Shown here in pieces: positions 20,197-30,056 of a stretch of DNA of 64,000 bases. The notes under the pieces were generated by a model. That model did not search any database. It saw nothing but the letters and a program-made list of their open reading frames with translations, and was not told the DNA's origin. A program made the translations under genes and the position numbers. Position 1 is the stretch's first letter. The number at the start of each line of letters is the position of its first letter. Where the stretch lies: the NCBI GenBank assembly GCA_938042195.1, contig CALIRQ010000007.1, forward strand, positions 180-64,179, in the 5' to 3' direction. This DNA comes from an uncultured archaeon (lineage in GTDB: Archaea > Thermoproteota > Bathyarchaeia > 40CM-2-53-6 > CALIRQ01).

Positions 20197-20686
20197 CGAT
20201 TACAAATCCTATGAACCCGCCCAAGGCCCCCCCGATCGCATGAAGGGCCGCGAATATGGATATGCCGGCCGCGTTCCCGATCCTCATCACCAAGGATCCT
20301 ATTATGAGCCCGGCGATGGACGCGCACACCATGGAGGCGCCGATCGAGAAGGCTAGCGCCCCCGCATCGCTCGCGAAAAATCCCCCGCGTCTCCAAGAAA
20401 ATATCAGGTCGAAGGCGATGCTGGCGATGAGGAAGCCGAGCATGTGGAGCGCCCCCGGCATCAGGGCTAGCGTCAGCAGCGATGATGTAACGCCCGTGGC
20501 CGCCGAGGTCCCGGGCCTCCCGGACCAATATGCTACCAAGATCAGGATGGAGAAGGTGAATATATCGCACGCGAATGGCAAGCGGGTCAGGCTCCAGAAT
20601 AGGGGCGCAACAGTCGTGTTCAGAGCGGCAAGGAGCGCTGAACAACTCGCCACGGCCACGGCGGTCCTCGAATCGACCCAGCGCAT
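20144..20686 (-). CDS. small polytopic membrane protein (putative metal-transporter component)
   Basis: 180 aa, 5-6 predicted TM helices, Gly/Ala-rich; first gene of an apparent membrane-protein/FmdE-like/hypB operon; family not resolved. Confidence 0.4.
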   Translation of the reverse strand: MRWVDSRTAVAVASCSALLAALNTTVAPLFWSLTRLPFACDIFTFSILILVAYWSGRPGTSAATGVTSSLLTLALMPGALHMLGFLIASIAFDLIFSWRRGGFFASDAGALAFSIGASMVCASIAGLIIGSLVMRIGNAAGISIFAALHAIGGALGGFIGFVIVGALRRRGVRPFEIEAR

Positions 20687-20953
20687 TTTTATTACCTTTT
20701 TTATGAAAAGTATTACTAATTAATAAGCTTTACTGAAATGAATTTATGCCACCTCCACTTTACGCTAGGTCTTGATTCACCTCAATGCACTCCTCCAATA
20801 CTTCCATCATTAAGGGAGGTGTGCAACAGTCTTTAGTTTGAAGATGATTGGCCCCCAGTAACCCTAGCGAACTCTCTCCCCGTGCCCGAGGGCCTATGAA
20901 GATACAAGCCCCTTTTCAATAGGCTTCACCAAGACATTGCTGGGCCTTCGCGA

Positions 20954-22092
20954 ATGGACTTCGGGCATCTTCAGCGCATGGAGCCGATCGCCCGCGCTTC
21001 CTTGGCCTTTCAAACGCATGATAAATTCTCTTTGATCCTGATGGCCATCATTGTCGTTTCGGTCCTCAATACTGAGTCGATCGCAAAAGGGATCGCCTCA
21101 ACAGCCTTAGGTTTGATGTTGGCAACGGTGGGCATCGATCCGCTCCTTCCGATACCTAGGTTCACGTTCGGTGCGCATGGCCTAACTGAAGGCGTTAGCT
21201 TGGTCGCCGCCGTGGTGGGGATGTTCGCTATTTCCGAGGTATTGAGGCAGATCGAGGCTGGCTTTGATGTATCGGAGTTGGCCAAGAGGGGCTATCAGAT
21301 GATTTCGAGGAGGGAGCTCATACCCAAGCGTGAGGATTTTATAAAGATTGGACTTAAAATATACCAAGTACCCTGATAGGCTTCCTTATTGGGGTTCTGC
21401 CCGGGGCCGGCGCTGCCATGGCAGCCCTGTTGTCCTATGCCGAGGCCAAGAGGAGCTCCAAGCATAAGGAAGAATTTGGTGAGGGATCCTTAGAAGGGGT
21501 CGTGGCCGCTGAAACGGCAAATAATGCCATGTGCCCAGGGGCGATCATACCAATGCTGACCTTCGGGATACCGGGGGACTCCGTAACTGCCGTGATGCTC
21601 GGCGTCCTGTTGATACACGGGTTAATTCCAAGCCCTTACATAATGATCGAGAGGGGCAATGTAGTTGGGCCAATGCTTATGGCGCTCATCATAAGCTCAA
21701 TAATGTGTTATGTATCATTACTAATTCTTGGGACGCTTTACATAAAAATACTAAACCTCAAGGGAGCGGTCTTATACCCCTTTATCGCTATGATAGCATT
21801 CGTAGGGGTTTATACAGCTACGTTCTCGATCCTGCAGCTTTGGATGGCGCTCCTCATAGGGGTCGCTACATATTTGCTTCTCAAAGCGGGTTATCCAGCG
21901 GTCCCGTTCCTCATGGGCTACATCCTCGGTCCGATGTTCGAAAATTACCTCAGGATATCGCTATCTATAAGCAAGGGAAACCCACTCATATTCCTGACCA
22001 GTCCACTGAGCATCGCTTTCCTCTCACTTGCCGTGATATTTGCCTATTTCCTAGGCGTAAGGCTACCGCGCGTTATGAAATCAATTCGATGA
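20954..22092 (+). pseudogene. TctA-family (tripartite tricarboxylate transporter large permease) remnant, N-truncated and frameshifted
   Basis: Two ORFs in different frames (20954-21376, 21418-22092) both match TctA (LGLMLATVGIDP...RFTFG; LPGAGAAMAALLSYAEAKRS...NNAMCPGAIIPMLTFGIPG). The N-terminal ~180 aa is missing, no TctB/TctC is present, and GC is lower than the surrounding DNA. Confidence 0.6.
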
Positions 22093-22500
22093 TTCGCTTA
22101 TTACAACCATTCATCCCTTTAATCTTAGTTTAATTCCCTCCGCGCTTTATCAAAGCCGAATATATTCAATGTCATGCGCTCTTAACCTTTAGAGCAAAAC
22201 CCTTATAGCTTTTAAGAACTCTTTCAGATTCGCCCCTTTAATTAGTTCCCTTTGATTAAAAAGGGCGAGACCCTTTTTAGAATCCATTAATGGCTCTTCC
22301 GGGCCACCTCATTTCCCAATGACCACCCCAAGCGAGGGATCGGGTGAGCATGATCCTCTCGGGCCCTAGAATGCTTACACGCCAGTGTAATGGGAGGCTG
22401 GCGCAGGACTATGCGAGGATGGAGGCTCCAGATTTAAATTCAACCGTATGGTATCCCAATCGGGGCCGCTCATTACGCAAGGATCGGTGGCGATCGGGAA

Positions 22501-22923
22501 TTGCATGAGTTCTCCACTATGCAATCAATTATTGAGGTCGCATTGAAAGCGGCGAAGGAGAATGGGGCCGAGAGGATCCTATCCTTGGAATTGGAGGTTG
22601 GGGAGATGACCCTGCTGAACCCGGAACAATTAAGTTTCGCCTTCTCGATCCTCTCGAAGGACACGATCGCGGAGGGGGCCTCATTGAAGATCGAGATCAT
22701 TCCATGCATCATAAAATGCAAGGAATGCGGCTACAGCGGCGAGAGGGGGCCCCCCATGGGGGAGGATCACTTCATCCCAATAATCCCCAGGTGCCCGAAA
22801 TGCGGCGGCTCGGAGCTCTCCATAGAATCCGGAAGGGAATGCTCGATAAAGAGGATAAGGGTCAGGGTGCCCAAGGATCTAGGAGCGGCCGAGGGGATCC
22901 CCTCCGGGGACCAAAATCGTTAA
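22501..22923 (+). CDS. hypA: hydrogenase nickel-insertion protein HypA
   Basis: TTG start giving M-HEFSTMQSIIEVAL; CxxC...CPKCG zinc-site motifs (CKECG, CPKCG). Confidence 0.8.
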   Translation: MHEFSTMQSIIEVALKAAKENGAERILSLELEVGEMTLLNPEQLSFAFSILSKDTIAEGASLKIEIIPCIIKCKECGYSGERGPPMGEDHFIPIIPRCPKCGGSELSIESGRECSIKRIRVRVPKDLGAAEGIPSGDQNR

Positions 22924-23291
22924 TTATCGCGGGCGCTGATAAATCGCCCCGGGGAATGGCCCAGTGAGGAAATCCCATTATTCATCGATCAACCAAGGAA
23001 GCGGGAAAGGTGGGCGAAGGGCATAGGGGTTGGATGGTTGATGGACCGGGACCACGGCGCCGAGAACGCCATTGGGCTATTCGGGATTGATCCGGGGGCG
23101 GGGCCCCGCTCCATCGGCACCCCTTGGGGATGTGAGATCTTCTTGGGGGAAGCGGCTCGATGCCTCGCAGGCGATCGCGAAGGAGTTCGGACCAATGGAT
23201 TCCGCATTCATCCCGCCCAAAGGGTTGCATCGGACCGGAGGGTTGGATTCCCACGCTTAATCCTATCGCTAAAGAGGTAGGTTGAAGGGCT

Positions 23292-23882
23292 TTGGTTAAA
23301 GTCGTCGGGATATCCGGGAGCCCTAGGGCCGGCGGGAACACCGAGCTCCTGCTATCCGAAGCCCTTAAGGCGGTGGAGGAGGGGGGAGGGGAGGCCGAGC
23401 TGATAAGCCTGGCTGGGAGGGAGATCAAGCCATGCGACGCTTGCCTATCCTGCAATAGGAGGAAGGTTTGCCGCATCGAGGACGACATGCAACCCATCTT
23501 CGAAAAAATGAGGGCCTCCAATGGGATAATATTGGCATCGCCCGTTTATTTCGGATCCGCAACGCCGCAGATAAAGGCCCTGATCGATAGGGCCGGATAC
23601 CTATCCAATGCCCTTGGGCGCGTCCTCGAGAACAAGGTCGGAGGGGCCTTGGTCGTGGGGAGGAGGGCCGGCCATAACTTCGCGCTGGCCCAATTGATCT
23701 TCTTCTTCCTCCATCAGGGCATGATAATCCCGGGATCCAGCTATTGGAACGTCGCCTTCGGTAGGGAGAGGGGGGAGGTCCTGAGGGACTCGGAGGGCCT
23801 TAAAACCGCGCGGAATTTCGGAAGGAAGCTTTATTGGCTTTGCAAGGCGCTGGAGGGAATCTCCCAACCGAAGCTCGAATAA
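23292..23882 (+). CDS. NADPH-dependent FMN reductase / iron-sulfur flavoprotein-like
   Basis: VVGISGSPRAGGNTELL flavodoxin-like N-terminus, Cys cluster CDACLSC, 196 aa. Confidence 0.6.
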   Translation: MVKVVGISGSPRAGGNTELLLSEALKAVEEGGGEAELISLAGREIKPCDACLSCNRRKVCRIEDDMQPIFEKMRASNGIILASPVYFGSATPQIKALIDRAGYLSNALGRVLENKVGGALVVGRRAGHNFALAQLIFFFLHQGMIIPGSSYWNVAFGRERGEVLRDSEGLKTARNFGRKLYWLCKALEGISQPKLE

Positions 23883-23968
23883 CGATAGCCCTGAGGGGCC
23901 ACTTGAGTGAGCCGATCGCGAACACCCTTATCGGGCGAATAAAAAAGGATTGGATGTGCCCCTCCCGC

Positions 23969-24967
23969 TCAAAGGGATTGTATGGCCCTCAATCGCTTCA
24001 CTATGTTCGGATGAGTGGAGAAGAGCTCCACGATCCTGTCGAACATTGTGATCCGCTTGGACATGACCTCTCTGACCAATTGCTCATCCCTGGATCCCCA
24101 AACCCCGGAGACTTCGCTAAGATCCTCCATGGCCCGATCCGGGTCGGTTATGAAGAGGCACTTGAAGCTCCCATAGGCGCCCCTCATTTGCCCGGCGGCC
24201 TGCCTTCCCGTAAAGGTCACGATCTTGGCCAAGGCCTCCGATAACTTCCTCCGGCCATCGTCTACGATGCTGACGCTATGGGCATCGGCGTAGTACTCCC
24301 TCAACCTGCTGAGGCCTAGGACTATGAGGTTCAGGACCCAGTATATGGCGATGCTCGCTATGCCTATGAGGATCGCGGGCGAGCTGCCCCTCTCCCTATT
24401 CCTATATCCTCCGTACCAAGAGGAGTACATCATGGAATAGCCCAAATAGTAGAATATGGCCGGCAGAACGGAAAGGAACATCATGAATTGCACGTCCCTA
24501 TGCTTCAGGTGCCCAAGCTCATGGCCGATGACGGCCTCGACCTCTTCCCTCTCCAAGGCATTCAGGAGGCCCTTGGTGACGGCGATCTTGGGCCCGCTTA
24601 AGGGGGAGCCATAGGCGAAGGCGTTGGGGATTGGGATATTGGCCAGCATCAGCTTTGGGGGCTTCAGCCCGCTCTCGGCGCTCAGCCTCTTGACGGTTTC
24701 GCTAAGCCAATGCCTCCCCCCCGGTATCTCCTCAGTCCTATAAAGCGCATCTATCAGATATGGCGCGATCAGCCATTGCCCAAGGTTGAATACGATCACC
24801 ACGAAGATCAGGGATATAATGTTCAAAGCGCCTAGAAGGCTCAGCAATATGGCCATGAATAGCGTTGAGATGGCTATTAGTAGGGTCGTAGTACCGAGGA
24901 TCGTCAACCTAAGCTTTAACAACGCGCTCATGGGAACGCCTCCCTTGAGGGACTTGGATCGATGCAC
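23969..24967 (-). CDS. htpX: HtpX-like M48 zinc metalloprotease
   Basis: HELGHLKHRD HExxH motif, multiple TM helices; start possibly at an internal Met. Confidence 0.8.
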   Translation of the reverse strand: MHRSKSLKGGVPMSALLKLRLTILGTTTLLIAISTLFMAILLSLLGALNIISLIFVVIVFNLGQWLIAPYLIDALYRTEEIPGGRHWLSETVKRLSAESGLKPPKLMLANIPIPNAFAYGSPLSGPKIAVTKGLLNALEREEVEAVIGHELGHLKHRDVQFMMFLSVLPAIFYYLGYSMMYSSWYGGYRNRERGSSPAILIGIASIAIYWVLNLIVLGLSRLREYYADAHSVSIVDDGRRKLSEALAKIVTFTGRQAAGQMRGAYGSFKCLFITDPDRAMEDLSEVSGVWGSRDEQLVREVMSKRITMFDRIVELFSTHPNIVKRLRAIQSL

Positions 24968-25329
24968 CCGAGAGGGTCGTTAAAAACTTTACTCTCAGAG
25001 GGGACGGAGGCGTTGTAACCAGCTTCAGAGGATGCCCGGAAAGCCTCCGGGGCGATCGGCCCCTCCCGCCCAAGAGCCATGAATCCCCGGAAGAGTGCTC
25101 AGCACGATTATCAGTTGGGCGCTTCCCTTGGAGGGGTCGGGGAGGCAATCTAAACAATCTGGCGGTCCTCGCGCCATGGGCATGGGAAGGCTGGGAACGC
25201 GCGAAATCCCCTCAAGCCGGTGCCCTGGGCATGGCTACAGGTTGAAATCGCCAGCCATCCGCCCCGCTCCGAAATATTGATAAGTGGGGCGGATGCGTAG
25301 GGGTGGATCAATTGGGCGGATGAAGGTGA

Positions 25330-25725
25330 AGCGAGACGTCCAAGCCCTTCTTCGTCAAATTCGAGGTCCCCAAGGACCTCGCCGATAAGGCCTATCAGAT
25401 GATAAGGATCGCGAGAGATAGCGGGAAGATAAGGAAGGGAACGAACGAGGTCACGAAGAGCATAGAGAGGGGTATAGCGAAGCTCGTTGTGATAGCGGAG
25501 GACGTGGACCCCCCCCAGGTCGTGGCCCATTTGCCGATACTCTGCGAGGAGAGGAGGGTCCCGTACATATACGTCCCCAACAAGCAGGAGCTGGGGAAGG
25601 CTTCTGGGTTGGATGTGGCATCGGCGGCGGTGGCCATAGTGGATTCCGGGGAAGCCTCTAAGGCCCTAGGGGAGATAATAGCTCAAATCGAGCAGCTCAA
25701 GAGGGGGAGCGTGAAGGGCAAATGA
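25330..25725 (+). CDS. rpl7ae: 50S ribosomal protein L7Ae (start unresolved; apparent 5' frameshift)
   Basis: Conserved N-terminus [20 protein letters not shown] continues in-frame upstream of the first ATG (25399) with no in-frame start codon; ATG at 25320 is in the +1-shifted frame. Confidence 0.8.
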   Translation, partial: SETSKPFFVKFEVPKDLADKAYQMIRIARDSGKIRKGTNEVTKSIERGIAKLVVIAEDVDPPQVVAHLPILCEERRVPYIYVPNKQELGKASGLDVASAAVAIVDSGEASKALGEIIAQIEQLKRGSVKGK

Positions 25726-25943
25726 GCGGAGCCAAGGGGGTTGAGGAGAAGGCCACCCCGGCCGAGGTGACGCAGATAATAGGCAGGACAGGGGTCACTG
25801 GGGAGGTGACCCAAGTGAGGGTCAGGATAATGGAGGGGAGGGAGAAGGGGAGGATAATAACTAGGAACGTAAAGGGCCCCGTGAGGCTCGGCGACGTCCT
25901 AATGCTCCGGGAAACGGAGAGGGAGGCTAGGAAGATAAAGTAG
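25722..25943 (+). CDS. rps28e: 30S ribosomal protein S28e
   Basis: [15 protein letters not shown] signature; 4-bp overlap with L7Ae. Confidence 0.85.
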   Translation: MSGAKGVEEKATPAEVTQIIGRTGVTGEVTQVRVRIMEGREKGRIITRNVKGPVRLGDVLMLRETEREARKIK

Positions 25944-25954
25944 GGCCGGGGGCA

Positions 25955-26149
25955 ATGGTAAGACAATTGAAATGCTCATTCTGCGGAAGACCTTTCCCAT
26001 CCTCGACCGGATCCATGTACATCAAGAACGACGGGAGCATCTACAGATTCTGTTCATCCAAATGCAGGAAGAGCTTGCTGAAGCTTGGGAGGGATCCCAG
26101 GAAGCTCAAGTGGACGGAGTATTACGGCAAGAAGGAGAGGGGCAAGTGA
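25955..26149 (+). CDS. rpl24e: 50S ribosomal protein L24e
   Basis: CSFCGRPF...FCSSKC zinc-ribbon L24e pattern. Confidence 0.85.
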   Translation: MVRQLKCSFCGRPFPSSTGSMYIKNDGSIYRFCSSKCRKSLLKLGRDPRKLKWTEYYGKKERGK

Positions 26150-26152
26150 GCC

Positions 26153-26605
26153 ATGGGGGAGGCCCCCCCGGGGATCGAGAGGACCTTCTTCTGCTTGAAG
26201 CCCGATGCCGTTGAGAAGGGGTTGATCGGGGAGATAATCTCGAGGATCGAAAGGAAGGGCTTGGATATAGTCGGCCTAAAGCTTGTCAGGATCACTAGGG
26301 ATCAGGCGGAGAGATTATACGAGGAGCATAGGGGGAAGCCCTTCTACGAGGGCTTGTTGGACTACATAACATCGGGCCCCTCGATCCCAATGGTCGTGAA
26401 GGGGGTGAACGCGATAAGGCTGATGAGGAACCTCTCCGGCCCAACCGATCCCTCGGAGGCGCTCCCGGGGACGATAAGGGGGGATTACGCGCCGGCAGTC
26501 CCTCGGGGTGAGGTCATAAGGAACCTGGTGCACGCATCGGATAGCGCGGAAAAGGCGGAAAGGGAGATCAGCATATTCTTCGGGGAAGGGGAAATAGTGG
26601 AGTAA
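26153..26605 (+). CDS. ndk: nucleoside diphosphate kinase
   Basis: ERTFFCLKPDAV...NLVHASDS NDK motifs. Confidence 0.85.
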   Translation: MGEAPPGIERTFFCLKPDAVEKGLIGEIISRIERKGLDIVGLKLVRITRDQAERLYEEHRGKPFYEGLLDYITSGPSIPMVVKGVNAIRLMRNLSGPTDPSEALPGTIRGDYAPAVPRGEVIRNLVHASDSAEKAEREISIFFGEGEIVE

Positions 26606-26663
26606 GCCTGGGGAATATCCTTATCTTCCAATTACGAGCCCCTTAAGGAATTGATGAGGAGAG

Positions 26664-28448
26664 TTGCCCCTGCGCCATCCCATAGTCGCGGTGCTGGGCC
26701 ATGTAGACCACGGCAAGACGACCCTCTTGGATTCCATCAGGGGGACCTCCGTGGCCGCGAGGGAGCCCGGGCAAATAACGCAATGGATAGGGGCCAGCAT
26801 GATACCCGCGGCCACGTTGGCCGAGCTCTGCGGCGGATTGCTCGAGCGATACAGGTTCCGGATAAAAGTCCCGGGCCTGCTCTTCATAGATACCCCTGGT
26901 CATGAAACCTTCTCCAACCTTAGGAAGAGGGGGGGATCGGCCGCCGATATCGCGGTTCTCGTCATAGACGTCATTGAGGGCCTCAAGCCCCAGACAAAGG
27001 AGTCTTTGGAAATATTGAGGGCTAGGAGGGTGCCGTTCATCGTGGCCGCGAATAAGGTGGACCTGATCCCGGGCTGGAGGCCGGCCCCCGGGGCTCCCTT
27101 CGAGGATTCGTTCGCCCGCCAAAGCCCGGAGGTGAGGGCCGATCTGGAGAATAGGATTTATGCCCTAATGGGAGGGCTCTCCAGCCTTGGCTTCAACTCC
27201 GATAGGTACGATAGGATAAGGGATTTCACGAGGACCGTCGCCATAGTCCCGGTCAGCGCGAGGACCAAGGAGGGGCTTCAGGACGTATTATCAATGCTCA
27301 TCGGCCTGACCCAAGCGTTCATGGAGAAGGACCTAACGGCCACCATGGGCCCAGCCAAGGGCACGGTCCTGGAGGTCAAGGAGGAGGTCGGACTTGGCGT
27401 GACGATCAATGCCATAATTTACGATGGCGTCCTCAGGGAGGGCGATACCATATTGGTCGGCGGCCTCAAGGGCCCGATAATCACCAAAATCAGGGCGATC
27501 CTCCTCCCAAAACCCTTGGATGAGATAAGGGATCCTCGAGACAAGTTCTCGACCGCTCAGGAAGTCGTCGCGGCCGCCGGCGTGAAGATAGTGGCGCCGG
27601 GGCTCGAGGGGGCCCTCCCCGGCTCTTCGCTCTATGCGGCCCCATCGCCGGACGCGATCGCCCAATATTCCAAATCGCTCGAGGAGGAGATCAAGGGGAT
27701 AGTCATAACGAGCGACAAGGAGGGCATAGTCCTTAAGGCGGATGCGCTGGGCTCGCTTGAGGCGCTGATAAGCTCCTTGAGCTCGAAGGGGATCCCGATA
27801 AGGTTGGCCGACATAGGGAACGTTTCCAGGAGGGAAGTCGTGGAGGCCGGAACCGTTAAGGATAGGCTGTTCAGGGCCGTTCTGGCGTTCAATGTGAAGC
27901 TATTGCCCGATGCCGAGGAGGAGGCCGCGGCCCTGGGGGTCAAGATCTTCAGGAACAACCTCGTATACGGCCTGATTGAGGAGTTCATTGAATGGATGGA
28001 AAGGGAAAGGGAGGAGGAGGCCTATAGGGAGTTCAAGAGCCTCATCCTACCCGGGGCCGTGAGGATACTCCCCGGCCTCGTATTTAGGAGGAGCAAGCCG
28101 GCCATCGTGGGGGTCGAAGTACTCGGGGGAAGGGTGAGGCCTGGATATCCCTTAATGGCCGAGGACGGGAGGCGGGTTGGGGAGATCCTCCAGATCCAAG
28201 ATAGGGGGAGGGATATCGAGGAGGCCCTGAGGGGAATGCAAGTGGCCGTTTCGATAGATAAGCCAACCGTCGGGCGCCAGATCTCCGAGGGGGACGTCCT
28301 CTACGTGGCCGTTCCGGATTCCCATGTCAGGGCGCTTTCCTCCAAGTTCAGGGAGAGGCTATCGAGCGAGGATCTGGAGTTATTGGGGAAGATCTCCGAG
28401 ATCTCAAAGGGACGCGATGCCCTGCGGCCCCATTCCCCGCCCGTATAA
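26664..28448 (+). CDS. infB: translation initiation factor aIF5B (IF-2 homologue)
   Basis: VLGHVDHGKTTLLD G-domain and overall aIF5B sequence; conserved position after ndk. Confidence 0.9.
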   Translation: MPLRHPIVAVLGHVDHGKTTLLDSIRGTSVAAREPGQITQWIGASMIPAATLAELCGGLLERYRFRIKVPGLLFIDTPGHETFSNLRKRGGSAADIAVLVIDVIEGLKPQTKESLEILRARRVPFIVAANKVDLIPGWRPAPGAPFEDSFARQSPEVRADLENRIYALMGGLSSLGFNSDRYDRIRDFTRTVAIVPVSARTKEGLQDVLSMLIGLTQAFMEKDLTATMGPAKGTVLEVKEEVGLGVTINAIIYDGVLREGDTILVGGLKGPIITKIRAILLPKPLDEIRDPRDKFSTAQEVVAAAGVKIVAPGLEGALPGSSLYAAPSPDAIAQYSKSLEEEIKGIVITSDKEGIVLKADALGSLEALISSLSSKGIPIRLADIGNVSRREVVEAGTVKDRLFRAVLAFNVKLLPDAEEEAAALGVKIFRNNLVYGLIEEFIEWMEREREEEAYREFKSLILPGAVRILPGLVFRRSKPAIVGVEVLGGRVRPGYPLMAEDGRRVGEILQIQDRGRDIEEALRGMQVAVSIDKPTVGRQISEGDVLYVAVPDSHVRALSSKFRERLSSEDLELLGKISEISKGRDALRPHSPPV

Positions 28449-28498
28449 GCTTATAAACGGTTCCCTCACGCTATTATCGGAAGGGCTGGTGCGATCGC

Positions 28499-28888
28499 TT
28501 GGCGAAATTCAAGGTGAACATAGCGATCCCCGAGGCGAAAGAAGTCAAAACGATAGAGCTGGAGGGGAGCAAGGCCGTGCCTTTGGTTGGACGGGAGATA
28601 GGGGACATAATAGACGGGTCCCTAGTTGGGCTACCGGGGAAGAGGGTCAAGATAACCGGGGGGAGCGATAAGGACGGGATCCCAATGAGGGGAGATGTGC
28701 ACGGCGGGGGTAAGAAGTATATACTCCTATCCGGCCCCCCGGGCTTCAGGCCCAAATCCAAGGGCCTTAGGGAGAGGAAGCTCGTGAGGGGAAGAATGAT
28801 CACAGAGGAGACCTATCAGATAAATATGGTCGTCATGGGCGATTCCGAGGTAGAGCGAGATGGAGGCGAGGGTCGTAAGGGAATTTGA
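28499..28888 (+). CDS. rps6e: 30S ribosomal protein S6e
   Basis: MAKFKVNIAIPE...GIPMRGDVHGG S6e pattern. Confidence 0.85.
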   Translation: MAKFKVNIAIPEAKEVKTIELEGSKAVPLVGREIGDIIDGSLVGLPGKRVKITGGSDKDGIPMRGDVHGGGKKYILLSGPPGFRPKSKGLRERKLVRGRMITEETYQINMVVMGDSEVERDGGEGRKGI

Positions 28889-29165
28889 AAACCCGCTCCT
28901 TAGGAGGAAGGAGCTCGAGGTCGAGGTTTCCCATCCCGGAGCGGGAACGCCGGATAGGAGGTCCCTGAGGGAGAGGCTCTCGAGAATATTCGGGGCACAA
29001 CCGGATATGGTATTCATTAGGAAGATCTTGACGAAGACCGGGCTGAACAAGTCCCTCTGCAGCGTTGAGGTATACCGCGATCCCGGCTACGCGACGATCG
29101 TTGTGCCGAGGCATATAATCGATCGCGACTCGGGATCCAAGAAGGGCGAGAAAAGCGAGGGCTGA
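28860..29165 (+). CDS. rps24e: 30S ribosomal protein S24e
   Basis: NPLLRRKELEVEVSHPGAGTPDR S24e pattern. Confidence 0.8.
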   Translation: MEARVVREFENPLLRRKELEVEVSHPGAGTPDRRSLRERLSRIFGAQPDMVFIRKILTKTGLNKSLCSVEVYRDPGYATIVVPRHIIDRDSGSKKGEKSEG

Positions 29166-29350
29166 TGCCATTGGCGAAGAAGGCTAGACTCAGCTCGATC
29201 TATGAATACGATCCGCAAAAGGGGACGATAAGGCTCAAGAACAAGAAATGCCCTAGATGCAACAATATAATGGCCCATCACGAAAAACCCATACCCAGGT
29301 GGGCTTGCGGATCCTGCGGCTTCACCGATTACGAGCGGCGGAGGGGTTAA
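29165..29350 (+). CDS. rps27ae: 30S ribosomal protein S27a (S27ae)
   Basis: CPRCNNIMAHHE...CGSCGFT zinc-ribbon S27a. Confidence 0.8.
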   Translation: MPLAKKARLSSIYEYDPQKGTIRLKNKKCPRCNNIMAHHEKPIPRWACGSCGFTDYERRRG

Positions 29351-29870
29351 CCCCCTCGACCCGCTCCATCATCCCGATTAAGGATCTGGCCCGCTCCTTT
29401 GAGGCTTGGTCGACTTTGACGACAACTATGCCCTCATTCGGTTGGCCGTAAACCACCAACGCCCCCTCGGGGGCCTCCACTATCGCCGGGAGGGCTAGGA
29501 GGTCCTCCTCCCCATCTATTATGACGAGCCCCCCTCCGCACGAAATGGCATCCCTCACGGCGCCCCAAGCGGGTAACCCTATCATGCCGGGGGGATTCCT
29601 CGCCCTGAACGTCCTCCTATGCCCACTATGGACCACATTGGCACCCCTCCTCATTATCCTTCCATCGACGATCCTGACGTTCGCTCCGATACCCTTTTCC
29701 ACAAGGTCCCTAGAGACCGCGTCCCCAACCGATATGAGGAATCCGATGCCATCCCTCTCGATTAGCTTTGCGACCTCGGCGTATTCGGACCCACCGCCGC
29801 CGCGCAGGAGCACGCCAAGCGGCTCCTTGAGGATCGCCCTCAAGCGATCGTCTGGTCTGAGCCCCTCCAA
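29322..29870 (-). CDS. GTP-dependent dephospho-CoA kinase (DUF359 family)
   Basis: DUF359-like sequence (ISVGDAVSRDL); conserved neighbour of spt4/rpoE' in archaea. Confidence 0.7.
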   Translation of the reverse strand: MEGLRPDDRLRAILKEPLGVLLRGGGGSEYAEVAKLIERDGIGFLISVGDAVSRDLVEKGIGANVRIVDGRIMRRGANVVHSGHRRTFRARNPPGMIGLPAWGAVRDAISCGGGLVIIDGEEDLLALPAIVEAPEGALVVYGQPNEGIVVVKVDQASKERARSLIGMMERVEGVNPSAARNR

Positions 29871-30056
29871 CTACCTCACTTTTATGGCGTATCTCCCGCT
29901 TTTCTTTATGTTCAACATGGAGGCTATTTTAGAGGACTCTGGATCCAATACCACCAAAAGGCCCGACCAATCATCGCTCAGGCTTGAGGATTTGCAATTT
30001 GGGCAAATGGGCCCATTGCTAAGGGCCCGGCAATCCCTACAAGCCTTAAGAGACAT
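29871..30056 (-). CDS. spt4: transcription elongation factor Spt4 (RpoE'')
   Basis: CRDC...CPNC zinc ribbon, WSGLLVVLDPESSKIA; start at internal ATG (MSLKAC). Confidence 0.8.
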   Translation of the reverse strand: MSLKACRDCRALSNGPICPNCKSSSLSDDWSGLLVVLDPESSKIASMLNIKKSGRYAIKVR

